IMG/VR virus record: IMGVR_UViG_3300021962_000081
DNA: 64,000 bases
DNA from: an uncultured virus (IMG/VR IMGVR_UViG_3300021962_000081)
Taxonomy: Duplodnaviria > Heunggongvirae > Uroviricota > Caudoviricetes
Strand: one strand, 5' to 3'
The notes under the pieces: generated by a model
The model's input: only the letters and a program-made list of their open reading frames with translations
The model's database searches: none
Told to the model about the DNA's origin: nothing
In this document: positions 1-10,406 of the stretch, in pieces
Position numbering within the stretch: position 1 is the stretch's first letter
Layout: every line of letters begins with the position of its first letter
Translations under genes and position numbers: made by a program

Positions 1-1
1 T

Positions 2-2050
2 ATTGGCGTTGCTTATGGCGGTACTGGTGTTACTTCTTCATCTGGTCCTAACTCAGTCGTACTACGTGATGCTAATTCTAATATTACAATTAATCGCCTT
101 AATCAAGGCACTCAAACCATCACTGCAGCTGCAGGTGTAACTAATCTAACAGCAGCTTCTCAATACAATCAAACGCTAGTTGGTACAGGTACACAAACAT
201 TTAGATTGCCTGACGCTACAACATTAACAGATACCACTGCTTTCCAATTTAATAATAATGCTACTGGAATACTTACTATTACTGATTATGCTGCGGCTAC
301 AGTAGGTACTGTTGCTCCTGGTGGTGCTGCAAATATTGCTTTATTAGATAACACTACAGTAGGTGGTACTTGGGACGTGCACGGATATATTCCAGAGAAC
401 GTTACTTGGGGTACAAACGCATTATCTTTAGGATCTACTGTAATTACAGGTGGAACTTGGAATGGTGGAACCATAGGAACAGCTTATGGTGGCACAGGAT
501 TAACTACTTTTACAGCAGCTAATTCTGCGCTTTATTCTACATCCTCTAGTGCACTTACTGCAGGAACATTACCCGTAGCAGCAGGTGGATCAGGCGCTAC
601 TACATTTACTGCAAATGGCGTAGTTTATGGTAATGGAACTTCAGCTTTAGGTGTGACATCAGCAGGAACTACTGGACAAGTTTTAGTAGGTAATACAGGA
701 TCAGCACCATCATGGGCTACAGTATCAAGTTCATTAGTTAGCTCATTCCAAACATCATTAAGCGGATTAACGCCAAGCACTGCTACAACAGGTGCTGTAA
801 CCTTAGCAGGTACATTAGGCCCTACATCAGGCGGTACTGGATTAACATCATATACTCAAGGTGATCTTGTTTATGCTACAGCTGCAAACACATTAGGTAC
901 ATTAGCAGACGTAGCTACAGGTAATGCTTTAATTTCAGGTGGCGTAGGCGCAGATCCTTTATGGGGTAAGATTGGCTTATCTACACATGTATCAGGCACA
1001 CTTCCTATTGGAAATGGTGGTACAGGACAAACCACAGCAAGCGCTGCTTTTGATGCATTAAACCCCATGACTACTGTTGGGGATATGATTTATGAAGGTT
1101 CAGGCCCTACTGCTGTAAGATTACCTATCGGATCTACAAATCAAGTTTTAACAGTTGTAGGTGGTATTCCTTCATGGCAAACACCTTCATCAGGTGGTGT
1201 CACAACAATTAGTTTTGGTTCAACAGGACTAACACCATCAACCGCAACTTCAGGCGCTGTCACTGTAGCAGGTACACTCGGTGCTACATCTGGTGGTACA
1301 GGACAGTCAACTTATGCTACAGGTGATATTCTTTATGCCTCTGCTTCAAACACATTATCTAAATTAGCAGCAGGTACAAATGGATATGTTTTAACCTTAG
1401 CTGGTGGTGTTCCATCATGGGCATCAAGTACATCTTCTGGTGTGTCATTTGTAGTCACAGACTTTACTGCTACTGCAGGACAAACAACGTTCACAGTGAC
1501 CTACACTGTAGGTTTAGTAGAAGTTTATAGAAACGGTGTTAAGTTAGCTGTTGCTGATTATACTGCGTCTAATGGTACTACAATCGTTTTAGCTACAGGC
1601 GCTAATGCAGGTGATATTATTGAAGTTGTAGCATTTGGTGCAGTGAATACTGCAGCGGTTATTACAGCAGAAGACTTTAGTGGTACAGGATCTCAAACAG
1701 TCTACACGATGTCTGTCACCCCTGCTAACTCAGAATCAGTAATTATAGCTATATCAGGTGTTGTTCAAGACCCAAGTAATTATACTGTATCAGGTACAAC
1801 ATTAACATTTTCAACAGCACCACCATTAGGTACTAATAATATTTCATGCCGTTATTTAGGACTACCTACTACAACGACAGGAACTGGGGCTGTAATTAAC
1901 GCAACTAATGGTATAATTCTAAATAGTCAGACCATCTCAGCTTCGTATACAATACCTGTAGGAAGTAATGCTATGAGTACGGGTCCAGTAACTGCAGCAA
2001 GTGGTGTAACTGTAACTGTTTCAGCAGGCAGTAGGTATATAGTTATTTAA
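2..2050 (+). CDS. Long tail fibre protein, 5'-truncated by the window edge
   Basis: The frame of ORF 206..2050 is open back to position 2 (IGVAYGGTG...). It has repeated L.v..GGTG fibre motifs, two F.a..gQT.F/Y domains and a C-terminal SYTIP.GSNAMS.GP domain. Confidence 0.85.
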   Translation: MGVAYGGTGVTSSSGPNSVVLRDANSNITINRLNQGTQTITAAAGVTNLTAASQYNQTLVGTGTQTFRLPDATTLTDTTAFQFNNNATGILTITDYAAATVGTVAPGGAANIALLDNTTVGGTWDVHGYIPENVTWGTNALSLGSTVITGGTWNGGTIGTAYGGTGLTTFTAANSALYSTSSSALTAGTLPVAAGGSGATTFTANGVVYGNGTSALGVTSAGTTGQVLVGNTGSAPSWATVSSSLVSSFQTSLSGLTPSTATTGAVTLAGTLGPTSGGTGLTSYTQGDLVYATAANTLGTLADVATGNALISGGVGADPLWGKIGLSTHVSGTLPIGNGGTGQTTASAAFDALNPMTTVGDMIYEGSGPTAVRLPIGSTNQVLTVVGGIPSWQTPSSGGVTTISFGSTGLTPSTATSGAVTVAGTLGATSGGTGQSTYATGDILYASASNTLSKLAAGTNGYVLTLAGGVPSWASSTSSGVSFVVTDFTATAGQTTFTVTYTVGLVEVYRNGVKLAVADYTASNGTTIVLATGANAGDIIEVVAFGAVNTAAVITAEDFSGTGSQTVYTMSVTPANSESVIIAISGVVQDPSNYTVSGTTLTFSTAPPLGTNNISCRYLGLPTTTTGTGAVINATNGIILNSQTISASYTIPVGSNAMSTGPVTAASGVTVTVSAGSRYIVI

Positions 2051-2059
2051 GGATAAAAA

Positions 2060-3163
2060 TTGGCATCTCAAATAAATGCAAGTAATTCTGGGTTTGGTGG
2101 CATAGTCTCTACTGGAGATTCTAGTGGTCAACTACAACTTCAAGCTGCAGGGACTACTGTAGCGACACTTACATCAACTGGGATGACTGTTGCAGGGAGA
2201 TTAAATTTACCAACATGGACAACTGCTACAAGACCTGGAAGCGCTGTTGCTGGAACACAAGGTTTTAATACTACTACTAGCATAATTGAATATTATAATG
2301 GATCATCTTGGCAAGGCGTTGCTCCTATCTCTTTAGTTTCCATTACAGCATCATATTTAATTGTAGCGGGTGGTGGTTCAGGTGGAGGTAATACTGGTGG
2401 AGGCGGTGGAGCTGGAGGACTATTAACAGGTTCAACTACTTTAACATCTGGTACAACATATTCATTTACTGTTGGTGCTGGTGGTGCAGCTATAGTAAGC
2501 ACTGCTTTAGGTAATGCGGGTAGTAACTCTACTGGGTTTGGTCTAACTGCGATTGGTGGTGGTTACGGTGGTGCATATTCAGGATTAGGTGGTGGAGGCT
2601 CTGGTGGTTCTGGAGGCGGAGGCGGAAACTCTCCTCTTACATCAGGTGGTGCTGGAACCGCAGGACAAGGTTATGCAGGAGGCACTCCAGCAAGTAGTTC
2701 TAACCCTTATGCGACAGCTGGTGGAGGTGGAGCTGGTGGTGTTGGAGCTGCTAGTACAGGCACTACAGTTGCTGGTGCAGGTGGTGTTGGAGCAATTACT
2801 ACAATTATTACAACCGCTATAGCAACCTCAGCATCAGTAGGTCAAGTAGTAAGCTCTTCAGTTTATTTTGCTGGTGGTGGAGGTGGGTCAGGATATTCAG
2901 GCGTAACTGGTGGTGCTGGTGGTAATGGTGGTGGAGGATCTGGAATTACTGGTGGTAATTCTGTTTCAGGTACAGCTAACTCGGGTGGCGGTGGTGGTGG
3001 TAATGGCAATACAGGCTACTCTGGTGCGGGTGGTTCTGGTGTGGTTATTGTTTCTATTCCAACTGCTTTATACACAGGCACTACAACAGGCAGCCCCACA
3101 GTTGTAACTAGTGGATCAAATACAATACTTATATTTAAATCATCTGGATCATACACAGCATAG
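2060..3163 (+). CDS. Glycine-rich tail-associated/receptor-binding protein (paralog 1)
   Basis: WTTATRP..G..GFNTT..E.YNG..W motif, then a YLIVAGGG..GGGG domain ending FKSSGSYTA. Confidence 0.75.
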   Translation: MASQINASNSGFGGIVSTGDSSGQLQLQAAGTTVATLTSTGMTVAGRLNLPTWTTATRPGSAVAGTQGFNTTTSIIEYYNGSSWQGVAPISLVSITASYLIVAGGGSGGGNTGGGGGAGGLLTGSTTLTSGTTYSFTVGAGGAAIVSTALGNAGSNSTGFGLTAIGGGYGGAYSGLGGGGSGGSGGGGGNSPLTSGGAGTAGQGYAGGTPASSSNPYATAGGGGAGGVGAASTGTTVAGAGGVGAITTIITTAIATSASVGQVVSSSVYFAGGGGGSGYSGVTGGAGGNGGGGSGITGGNSVSGTANSGGGGGGNGNTGYSGAGGSGVVIVSIPTALYTGTTTGSPTVVTSGSNTILIFKSSGSYTA

Positions 3164-3171
3164 GATAAAAC

Positions 3172-3759
3172 ATGGCAAGCATAGTAGTCTATTGGATCCA
3201 CTTAGAAGACCATACTGATATGTTCAGTCAAGGTTATATTGGGGTGTCTAAAAATACTTCTAAACGCTTTGAAGAGCATAAGAATAGACCTTCCAATGTA
3301 CATTTAAAGAATGCTATTAAAAAATATGGTTGGGATAATTTAGTAAAGACGATTGTTTTGATTGCTGATGAAGCATATTGTTTGCTTATGGAAACTAAAT
3401 TAAGAGCTGAAGATAAAATTGGCTGGAATGTAGTTAAAGGCGGTGGTATGCCACCAAGCACATTAGGTAAAAAATTTACTGTATCAGAAGAAACTCGTAA
3501 AAAAATTAGTCTTGCAAATAAAGGGCATAGACATAACCCAGAAACTGAAGCTTTAGTAACTCAAAACCTTTTAATTCATGGAGTCAATACAAGATTTTCC
3601 AAGGGCGTTACACCATGGAATAAAGGATTGCAAATAGGTAAAGAAGCAACAAAACATTTACATATTAAACTAACTTGCCCACATTGTAATAAAATAGGCA
3701 ACTTAGGTGGAATGAAAAGATGGCATATGGATAATTGTAGATTAAAGGAAATAGCATAA
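3172..3759 (+). CDS. GIY-YIG family homing endonuclease with NUMOD3-like DNA-binding motifs
   Basis: VYWI...GYIGVS..SKRFEEH, E(TKL), GWN(VVKGG); SEETRKKISLANKG and PWNKG motifs; C-terminal CPHC...WH..NC. Confidence 0.85.
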   Translation: MASIVVYWIHLEDHTDMFSQGYIGVSKNTSKRFEEHKNRPSNVHLKNAIKKYGWDNLVKTIVLIADEAYCLLMETKLRAEDKIGWNVVKGGGMPPSTLGKKFTVSEETRKKISLANKGHRHNPETEALVTQNLLIHGVNTRFSKGVTPWNKGLQIGKEATKHLHIKLTCPHCNKIGNLGGMKRWHMDNCRLKEIA

Positions 3760-4799
3760 TGGCGAGTATAGTGGTAAGTGGCGATGTGTCGGGAACCGTA
3801 ACATTATCAGCCCCAGCAACGGCAGGTACAACTACGCTTACTCTTCCTACTACAAACGGCATTTTTGTAACTGCTAATTCATCTACAGGTGGAGCTTTTA
3901 TTCCTGCTGGAACTACTGCAGAAAGACCAACGAGTCCTACGACAGGCCAACTAAGATATAATACAACTTTAAATTTAGTAGAAACATATAATGGTACTTC
4001 ATGGGTAGCAGTTGGAGACCAAACAAATACTTATTCAAGTTCTTATTTGTTAGTTGCTGGTGGCGGTGCTGGTGGTGGAGAGCCATCTAATTTTGGCTCT
4101 GGTGGCGGTGGAGGAGCTGGAGGATTATTAACTGGCACATCAACATTAACTAAAGGAACAACATATTCGTTTGTTGTTGGTTCTGGCGGAGCTGGTACAA
4201 GAAATACTGGAGCTAATGGTAATAATACAACTGGACTTGGATTAACAGCGATTGGCGGTGGTGGCGGTGGTAATTCAACTAGTGGAACAGCTGGTTTATC
4301 TGGTGGATCTGGAGGAGCAGGTTCTAGTGGTTCTGGAGCTGCTGGAGCTGGAACTTCTGGTCAAGGTAACGCTGGAGGAGCTGGTGGATCTGCTCCTAGT
4401 GGAGGTGGAGGTGGAGCTGGTGCAGTGGGAGGATCTGGTACAGCTGGAACAGCTGCTGGAGGAGTCGGGTTAGCATCTTCTATTACTGGATCATCTGTTT
4501 TTTACGCTGGAGGCGGAGGCGGTTCTAATGAATCAGCAGCTACTGGAGGAGCTGGAGGTAATGGTGGCGGTGGAGCTGGCGGAGCTAACGGAACTTCTGG
4601 AACTGCTAATACAGGCGGTGGTGGTGGCGGTGCATATCAAGATGGTTCTGGCACTGGCGGTTCTGGTGGGTCAGGCGTAGCAATTCTATCCGTACCAACT
4701 GCAAATTACACAGGCACAACTACAGGATCACCTACAGTCACAACAAGCGGATCTAATACAATTATTACATTTACAAGTTCAGGAAGCTATACAGCATAA
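3759..4799 (+). CDS. Glycine-rich tail-associated/receptor-binding protein (paralog 2)
   Basis: PAGTTAERP.SP..GQLRYNTT motif plus Gly-rich domain ending FTSSGSYTA. Confidence 0.75.
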   Translation: MASIVVSGDVSGTVTLSAPATAGTTTLTLPTTNGIFVTANSSTGGAFIPAGTTAERPTSPTTGQLRYNTTLNLVETYNGTSWVAVGDQTNTYSSSYLLVAGGGAGGGEPSNFGSGGGGGAGGLLTGTSTLTKGTTYSFVVGSGGAGTRNTGANGNNTTGLGLTAIGGGGGGNSTSGTAGLSGGSGGAGSSGSGAAGAGTSGQGNAGGAGGSAPSGGGGGAGAVGGSGTAGTAAGGVGLASSITGSSVFYAGGGGGSNESAATGGAGGNGGGGAGGANGTSGTANTGGGGGGAYQDGSGTGGSGGSGVAILSVPTANYTGTTTGSPTVTTSGSNTIITFTSSGSYTA

Positions 4800-4808
4800 G
4801 GATATTTA

Positions 4809-5825
4809 ATGGCACTCATACTTACAGGAACCGCAGGAGCAAGTACACTAGATAGTTCTACAGGATTAGCTGTGGCTACTTGGACTACAGGTACACGTCC
4901 TTCATCACCTGTGACTGGACAGATTGGATACAATACAACTACAGCACAAATTGAAGTTTATAATGCTACCTATAATAGTTGGGTAAATGCAGGTACATCT
5001 GGAATAACATATTCTGCTTCTTATTTAGTAGTAGCTGGTGGTGGTGCTGGTAGTGCTGCTACAACAAGTCCAGGATGGCTTGTAGGATCAGGTGGTGGTG
5101 CAGGAGGATTATTAACAGGCACAAGTACATTATCTTCTGGTGTTACATATACAATTACTGTTGGAGCTGGAGGTGCTGGTAATTCAACAGGAAGTGGAGC
5201 TTCAGGAGCTAATTCAGTTCTATCTGGTACAGGAATAACTACTATTACTTCTATTGGAGGTGGGTTTGGATCAAATCCAAGTGCAACTGCTGGAGGTAAT
5301 GGAGGTTCTGGAGGTGCTCCTGGAGGAAGTGGGTCAGTTGGCTCTGGAACTACTGGACAGGGAAATAATTCAGGAACTTCTACAGAATCAACTCCAAATT
5401 ATGGTCAAGGCGGTGGTGGTGGAGCTGGTGCAGTTGGAGGCAACGGAACTTCAACAACAGGTGGCAATGGTGGTGCAGGAGTTGCATCATCTATAACAGG
5501 ATCTTCTGTCACTTATGCAGGAGGCGGTGGTGGTGGAACTTATAATGGTGGAACACGAGGAACTGGAGGATCTGGAGGGGGAGGTAATGCAGGAGATAAT
5601 CCAACAGGTAATGGATATAATGGTACTGCAAATACAGGCGGTGGAGGTGGAGGAGCTTCATCTTCTTCTGTAAATCAATCTGGCGGATCAGGAGGATCAG
5701 GTGTAGTTATTTTATCCGTACCTACAGCAAACTATTCTGGTACTACAACAGGTTCACCTACAATTACAACATCAGGCTCAAATACTATAATTAGATTTAC
5801 TGCATCTGGCAGTTATACAGCTTAA
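4809..5825 (+). CDS. Glycine-rich tail-associated/receptor-binding protein (paralog 3)
   Basis: WTTGTRPSSP..GQIGYNTT plus Gly-rich domain ending FTASGSYTA. Confidence 0.75.
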   Translation: MALILTGTAGASTLDSSTGLAVATWTTGTRPSSPVTGQIGYNTTTAQIEVYNATYNSWVNAGTSGITYSASYLVVAGGGAGSAATTSPGWLVGSGGGAGGLLTGTSTLSSGVTYTITVGAGGAGNSTGSGASGANSVLSGTGITTITSIGGGFGSNPSATAGGNGGSGGAPGGSGSVGSGTTGQGNNSGTSTESTPNYGQGGGGGAGAVGGNGTSTTGGNGGAGVASSITGSSVTYAGGGGGGTYNGGTRGTGGSGGGGNAGDNPTGNGYNGTANTGGGGGGASSSSVNQSGGSGGSGVVILSVPTANYSGTTTGSPTITTSGSNTIIRFTASGSYTA

Positions 5826-5843
5826 TTTTTAAAGGAGACAACA

Positions 5844-6194
5844 ATGTCACATTTTGCAAAAGTAGTAGACGGTAAGGTTACACAGGTCATCGTGGCTGAA
5901 CCAGAATTTTTTGATACATTCGTAGATTCAAGTCCTGGTACTTGGATTCAAACAAGCTATAATACGCATGGTAATCAACACCCAGAAGGCAGACCTTTAA
6001 GAGGAAACTACGCTGGAATTGGTTACACATACGATGCAACTAACGATGTATTCGTAGCCCCTAAACCTTTTAATTCTTGGGCTCTTAATGAAGATACTTG
6101 GTTATGGGAAGCACCTGTTGCAATGCCAGATGATGGTAAAGTATATAACTGGGATGAAGCATCAACTTCTTGGAAAGAAGTAGACTTAGGATAA
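5844..6194 (+). CDS. Probable tail-fibre assembly chaperone
   Basis: MSHFAKV..WIQTSYNT..LRGNYAGIGYTYD..PKPF.SW..W..P..P.DG..Y.WDE family, typically found beside Gly-rich fibre genes; AGGAG RBS. Confidence 0.6.
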   Translation: MSHFAKVVDGKVTQVIVAEPEFFDTFVDSSPGTWIQTSYNTHGNQHPEGRPLRGNYAGIGYTYDATNDVFVAPKPFNSWALNEDTWLWEAPVAMPDDGKVYNWDEASTSWKEVDLG

Positions 6195-6197
6195 CAT

Positions 6198-7169
6198 ATG
6201 ACAAATGCGGTGAATCTATCAGCACTAGGTTCTAACGGAGGAACGTCCATATCAACATGGACTACAGGAACTCGTCCAGCTTCGCCTATTACAGGGCAGA
6301 TGGGGTATAACACAACAATAGGACAAATGGAATTTTATAGTGGAACAGCTTGGGTTGGAACATATGCTTCACCTACATATTCAGCTTCTTATTTAGTTGT
6401 TGCTGGTGGTGGCGGTTCTGGATATGACCGTGGAGGTGGTGGTGGAGCTGGTGGATTATTAACAAGTACTGCTACATTGTCTGTTGGGGTTTCATATTCT
6501 ATTACAGTAGGTGCGGGCGGTGCTGGCGGAGTTGGTACTACAGGAAGTAACGGAAGTAACTCTGTTTTATCAGGTACAGGAATAACTACTCAAACTGCTA
6601 TAGGTGGTGGGGGTGGAGGTTCAGGTGCTGTTGGAGCAGGTGCTTCTGGTGGCTCAGGTGGAGGCGGTGTTGGTTATAGTGCATGGGCAGGTGGGTCAGG
6701 AACTTCTGGACAAGGAAATGCAGGTGGAACAGGTTTAGGAAGTTCTATTATACCTGCTGCTGCAGGTGGTGGTGGTGGAGCAGGAGCTGTTGGTGCCAAC
6801 GGTTCAAATTCTCCAAATTCAGGCGGTAATGGCGGTGTAGGTATTGCTTCATCTATTACAGGTTCTTCTGTTTATTATGCTGGAGGCGGTGGTGGAGGAA
6901 ATAATACAGGAGGAACAGGAGGTTCTGGCGGTAATGGCGGAGGTGGCAATGCTGGAGCTACGGGGGTTGCTGGTACTGCTAATACAGGTGGAGGTGCTGG
7001 TGGACCAACAACAAATAGTGTTAATGGCTCTGCTGGTGGATCTGGCGTTGTTATATTAAGTGTTCCCACTGCAAACTATTCTGGTACAACCACAGGTTCT
7101 CCCACTATAACAACATCAGGCTCAAACACAATTATTAAATTTACAAGCTCAGGCACATACACAGCATAA
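6198..7169 (+). CDS. Glycine-rich tail-associated/receptor-binding protein (paralog 4)
   Basis: WTTGTRPASP..GQMGYNTT plus Gly-rich domain ending FTSSGTYTA. Confidence 0.75.
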   Translation: MTNAVNLSALGSNGGTSISTWTTGTRPASPITGQMGYNTTIGQMEFYSGTAWVGTYASPTYSASYLVVAGGGGSGYDRGGGGGAGGLLTSTATLSVGVSYSITVGAGGAGGVGTTGSNGSNSVLSGTGITTQTAIGGGGGGSGAVGAGASGGSGGGGVGYSAWAGGSGTSGQGNAGGTGLGSSIIPAAAGGGGGAGAVGANGSNSPNSGGNGGVGIASSITGSSVYYAGGGGGGNNTGGTGGSGGNGGGGNAGATGVAGTANTGGGAGGPTTNSVNGSAGGSGVVILSVPTANYSGTTTGSPTITTSGSNTIIKFTSSGTYTA

Positions 7170-7178
7170 GGATAAATC

Positions 7179-7391
7179 ATGGCTCTTACAAAAGTCCAGT
7201 CACAGATGATAGGTAACGGTACAAGTAGTACCGCATTTAACCCTGGAACACCGTTATACGAAAATACTCTGACTATTACAACAAGCTACACTATAACAGC
7301 TGGTAGTTCAGCCATGTCGGTCGGGCCCCTAACTATAAATTCTGGGGTCGCAATAACTATACCCTCAACGAGCAAATGGGTTGTGCTGTAA
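7179..7391 (+). CDS. Small fibre adaptor/hub protein
   Basis: C-terminal ~45 aa (YEN..TITTSYTITAGSSAMSVGP.TI.SGV.ITIP..S.WVVL) resemble the C-terminus of the 2..2050 fibre. Confidence 0.6.
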   Translation: MALTKVQSQMIGNGTSSTAFNPGTPLYENTLTITTSYTITAGSSAMSVGPLTINSGVAITIPSTSKWVVL

Positions 7392-7408
7392 ATTAAAAGG
7401 AATAGATA

Positions 7409-7987
7409 ATGTCATCAATTAGCATAGCGGGAGATACAAGCGGTTCAGTAATTTTGCAAGCACCTAGTGTTGCAGGGTCAACTACGCTTACACTTCCATC
7501 AACGAGTGGTAATGTATTAACATCTGCTAGTTCTTTAGCAGCGAGTCAATTGCCAGCAGGAAGTGTATTACAAGTAGTGTCATCAACAACAAGTACAAGA
7601 ACTACATCAACAAGTGCCTCTTATGTTGATGCAAATTTATCTGCATCAATAACACCATCAAGTGCAACAAATAATATTTTAGTTATTGTTACATATACAT
7701 TAGCTAACGATAATTCTTCATATGCATCATGGTCACAACTTTTAAGAGGATCAACTCAAATAGCACAAAGAACTTATTATACAGCTGCTTCTAATTCTTA
7801 TGCATCTATAAGTGCTAGTTTATCTGTTTTGGATAGTCCAGCAACTACATCATCTACTACATATAAAATGCAAATTAGAAATGATGGTGCTGGAACTGCT
7901 ACATTTAATGGGCCTACTATAATGTCTTATAGTTCTGGGGTACCGACTAATTACTCAACTATTACACTTATGGAAATAAAAGCATGA
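7409..7987 (+). CDS. Short tail fibre/receptor-binding protein
   Basis: GSVLQVV...SITPSS..N.ILV...LDSPATTSSTTYK.Q...STITLMEI fibre-tip family; N-terminus shared with 3759..4799. Confidence 0.7.
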   Translation: MSSISIAGDTSGSVILQAPSVAGSTTLTLPSTSGNVLTSASSLAASQLPAGSVLQVVSSTTSTRTTSTSASYVDANLSASITPSSATNNILVIVTYTLANDNSSYASWSQLLRGSTQIAQRTYYTAASNSYASISASLSVLDSPATTSSTTYKMQIRNDGAGTATFNGPTIMSYSSGVPTNYSTITLMEIKA

Positions 7988-8250
7988 TGGATAAACATTC
8001 AGCCATATACAAACTTAATCCTAACGTAGTCACTATTCGTGGTGATGTTGCATATGACAAAGACGAACAAGAAGTAGCATACGATAATGACGCTGTAGAA
8101 GCTCTTATGGCTGCAGAAGCATACAAAGAAAAAAGAGCCCAAGAATACCCAGCTATCGCAGACCAACTAGATTATATTTATCACAACGGGATAGATGCTT
8201 GGAAAGAAGACATGATTGACCCCGTAAAAAATAAGTACCCAAAAGGATAA
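7984..8250 (+). CDS. Probable chaperone of the preceding fibre
   Basis: Y..KRA.EYP.IADQLD.IYH.G..AWK...VK.KYPK motif. Confidence 0.6.
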   Translation: MMDKHSAIYKLNPNVVTIRGDVAYDKDEQEVAYDNDAVEALMAAEAYKEKRAQEYPAIADQLDYIYHNGIDAWKEDMIDPVKNKYPKG

Positions 8251-8253
8251 AAC

Positions 8254-9231
8254 ATGGCATCAACAATAAATTCTACAACAAGCTCTGGCGTAGTTATAAC
8301 TTCTGATAACACAGGACAGCTTCAACTACAAAGTGCGGGTACTACTTATCTTACATTAAGCGCTACTGCAGGAACTCAAATTTCTTCTTGGACAACAGCA
8401 GGTAGACCATCAAGTCCTGGAAATGGAAGTATTGGATATAACACAACTACTAATACATGGGAAGCATATAACAATGGTGGATGGATTCCATCAAATTCTA
8501 GTATAGTTACAAACTATCAATCATTTACTTCAAGTACTACATGGACTGTGCCTTCTGGAGTTAGATTTGTTAATGTACTTATAGTCGGAGGCGGAGGTGG
8601 TGGTGGTACTACAGGAGGCGGAGGTGGTGGAGGCGGAGGCGTAGTTTTTGTTCCAAATTACCCAGTTACTCCTGCAGCAAGTATTACCGTAACAGTAGGT
8701 AGCGGTGGTTCTCCAGCTTCTAATGGAGGTTATTCTCAATTTAATAATGATATGATTGCTTGGGGCGGTGGTGGAGGATCTACATTAACCGATACTTCTT
8801 TTGGAAATGTTAATGGTCCTAAATTAGGTGCAAGTGGTGGTGGAGCTGGAGCTACATCTACTGCTCTTGGAACGCCAGCACCAGGAAGTGCTCAAGGTAG
8901 TTCTGGAGGATGGGCACCAATTGCTGGACCATATCCTGCTGGCGGTGGAGGTGGGGCTGGTAGCGTTGGCGGTAATGGTGTTGGATCAACAAATGGACCT
9001 GGTGGAACTGGGGCTTTTTATAAAATGTTCGCATCTTATGGTCAAAGTGGTTGGTTTGGCGGTGGTGGTGGTGGTGGATACACAGGAAATACATTAGGCG
9101 CTGCTGGTTTAGGCGGAGGAGGTGCTGGAGCAGTTGCAGGTACAGCTAATACAGGCGGTGGAGGCGGAGGTGTTTATACAGCAGGCACCAATGGCGGTTC
9201 AGGTGTAGTTATTGTTGCATGGTATCAATAA
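8254..9231 (+). CDS. Glycine-rich tail-associated/receptor-binding protein (paralog 5)
   Basis: N-terminus similar to 2060..3163; WTTAGRPSSP motif; FTSS.TWTVP.GV..V.VLIVGGGG domain. Confidence 0.75.
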   Translation: MASTINSTTSSGVVITSDNTGQLQLQSAGTTYLTLSATAGTQISSWTTAGRPSSPGNGSIGYNTTTNTWEAYNNGGWIPSNSSIVTNYQSFTSSTTWTVPSGVRFVNVLIVGGGGGGGTTGGGGGGGGGVVFVPNYPVTPAASITVTVGSGGSPASNGGYSQFNNDMIAWGGGGGSTLTDTSFGNVNGPKLGASGGGAGATSTALGTPAPGSAQGSSGGWAPIAGPYPAGGGGGAGSVGGNGVGSTNGPGGTGAFYKMFASYGQSGWFGGGGGGGYTGNTLGAAGLGGGGAGAVAGTANTGGGGGGVYTAGTNGGSGVVIVAWYQ

Positions 9232-9270
9232 ATATGTGTAAAAGAATTAATTTTGAAGGAATAAAATAAT

Positions 9271-10398
9271 ATGTCACTTATCGTAGACGGCACCACGGGA
9301 GTAACCTTTAACGACTCATCTCTACAAGGAGCTGCAGCGTCACCTTATGTGCTAAAGAACCGTATTATAAATGGGGATATGAGGATTGACCAGAGAAATG
9401 CTGGTGCTAGTGGAACAGCAAATGCCTACACCGTAGATAGATTTTATTATTATGGCGCACAAGCATCAAAAGGAACTTGGCAACAAAATGCAGGTTCAGT
9501 AACGCCACCAGCAGGGTTTACAAACTATTTAGGATTTACATCTTCTTCCGCATATTCTGTTATTTCAACAGATACTTTTACATTTAATCAAGCAATCGAA
9601 GGGTTAAATTGTGCAGATTTAGGATGGGGTTCTGCCAATGCTAAAACAGTTACTCTATCTTTTTGGGTAAGAAGTTCTTTAACAGGAACATTTTGTGGCT
9701 CTATTCAAAATTCTGCATCAAATAGAAGTTATGGTTATACATATACCATTTCATCTGCGAATACTTGGGAACAAAAATCAATAACCATTTCTGGAGACAC
9801 AACTGGAACGTGGCTTACCACTAACGGTGTTGGAATTAGGATTTATTTTACTTTAGCAGCTGGTTCAGGTTACCAAACTGCAACACCTAATACTTGGCAA
9901 GCAAACGATGCAACTTATACAGTTTCTGGCGCAACATCAGTCGTAGGCACTAACGGTGCTACATGGTACATCACAGGTGTCCAACTAGAAATAGGCACAT
10001 CAGCAACACCGTTTGAACGCAGAATGATTACAAATGAGTTAAATTTATGTAAGAGATACTATGAAAAATCTTATGATTATTCTGTAGTTCCAGGAACAAC
10101 AACTAATGTAGGAAGATGGAATGCTGGGGGAACTGATACAGGACGAACAACAGGACGTATTTCTGGTAATCATATAGTATTCCAAGTTGAAAAAAGAGCA
10201 ATACCAACTGTAACATCATATGATGCTGTTGGAAATTCTGGAAAATGCACTAGATTTACATTGGGTACGGCTGATAATAATAATCAAGGCGTATATATTG
10301 CAGACTCATCAACAAACGGATGGTTTCCATTTGCAGATCCGAGTGGAACTAATGACTCAGGATGTGGAGTGCATTGGGTAGCTTCAGCTGAATTATAG
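9271..10398 (+). CDS. Tail fibre with carbohydrate-binding-like domain
   Basis: [15 protein letters not shown]...VTLSFWV.S...ITGVQLE.G..ATPFE.R....EL..C.RYYE family. Confidence 0.7.
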   Translation: MSLIVDGTTGVTFNDSSLQGAAASPYVLKNRIINGDMRIDQRNAGASGTANAYTVDRFYYYGAQASKGTWQQNAGSVTPPAGFTNYLGFTSSSAYSVISTDTFTFNQAIEGLNCADLGWGSANAKTVTLSFWVRSSLTGTFCGSIQNSASNRSYGYTYTISSANTWEQKSITISGDTTGTWLTTNGVGIRIYFTLAAGSGYQTATPNTWQANDATYTVSGATSVVGTNGATWYITGVQLEIGTSATPFERRMITNELNLCKRYYEKSYDYSVVPGTTTNVGRWNAGGTDTGRTTGRISGNHIVFQVEKRAIPTVTSYDAVGNSGKCTRFTLGTADNNNQGVYIADSSTNGWFPFADPSGTNDSGCGVHWVASAEL

Positions 10399-10406
10399 GA
10401 GATGAT

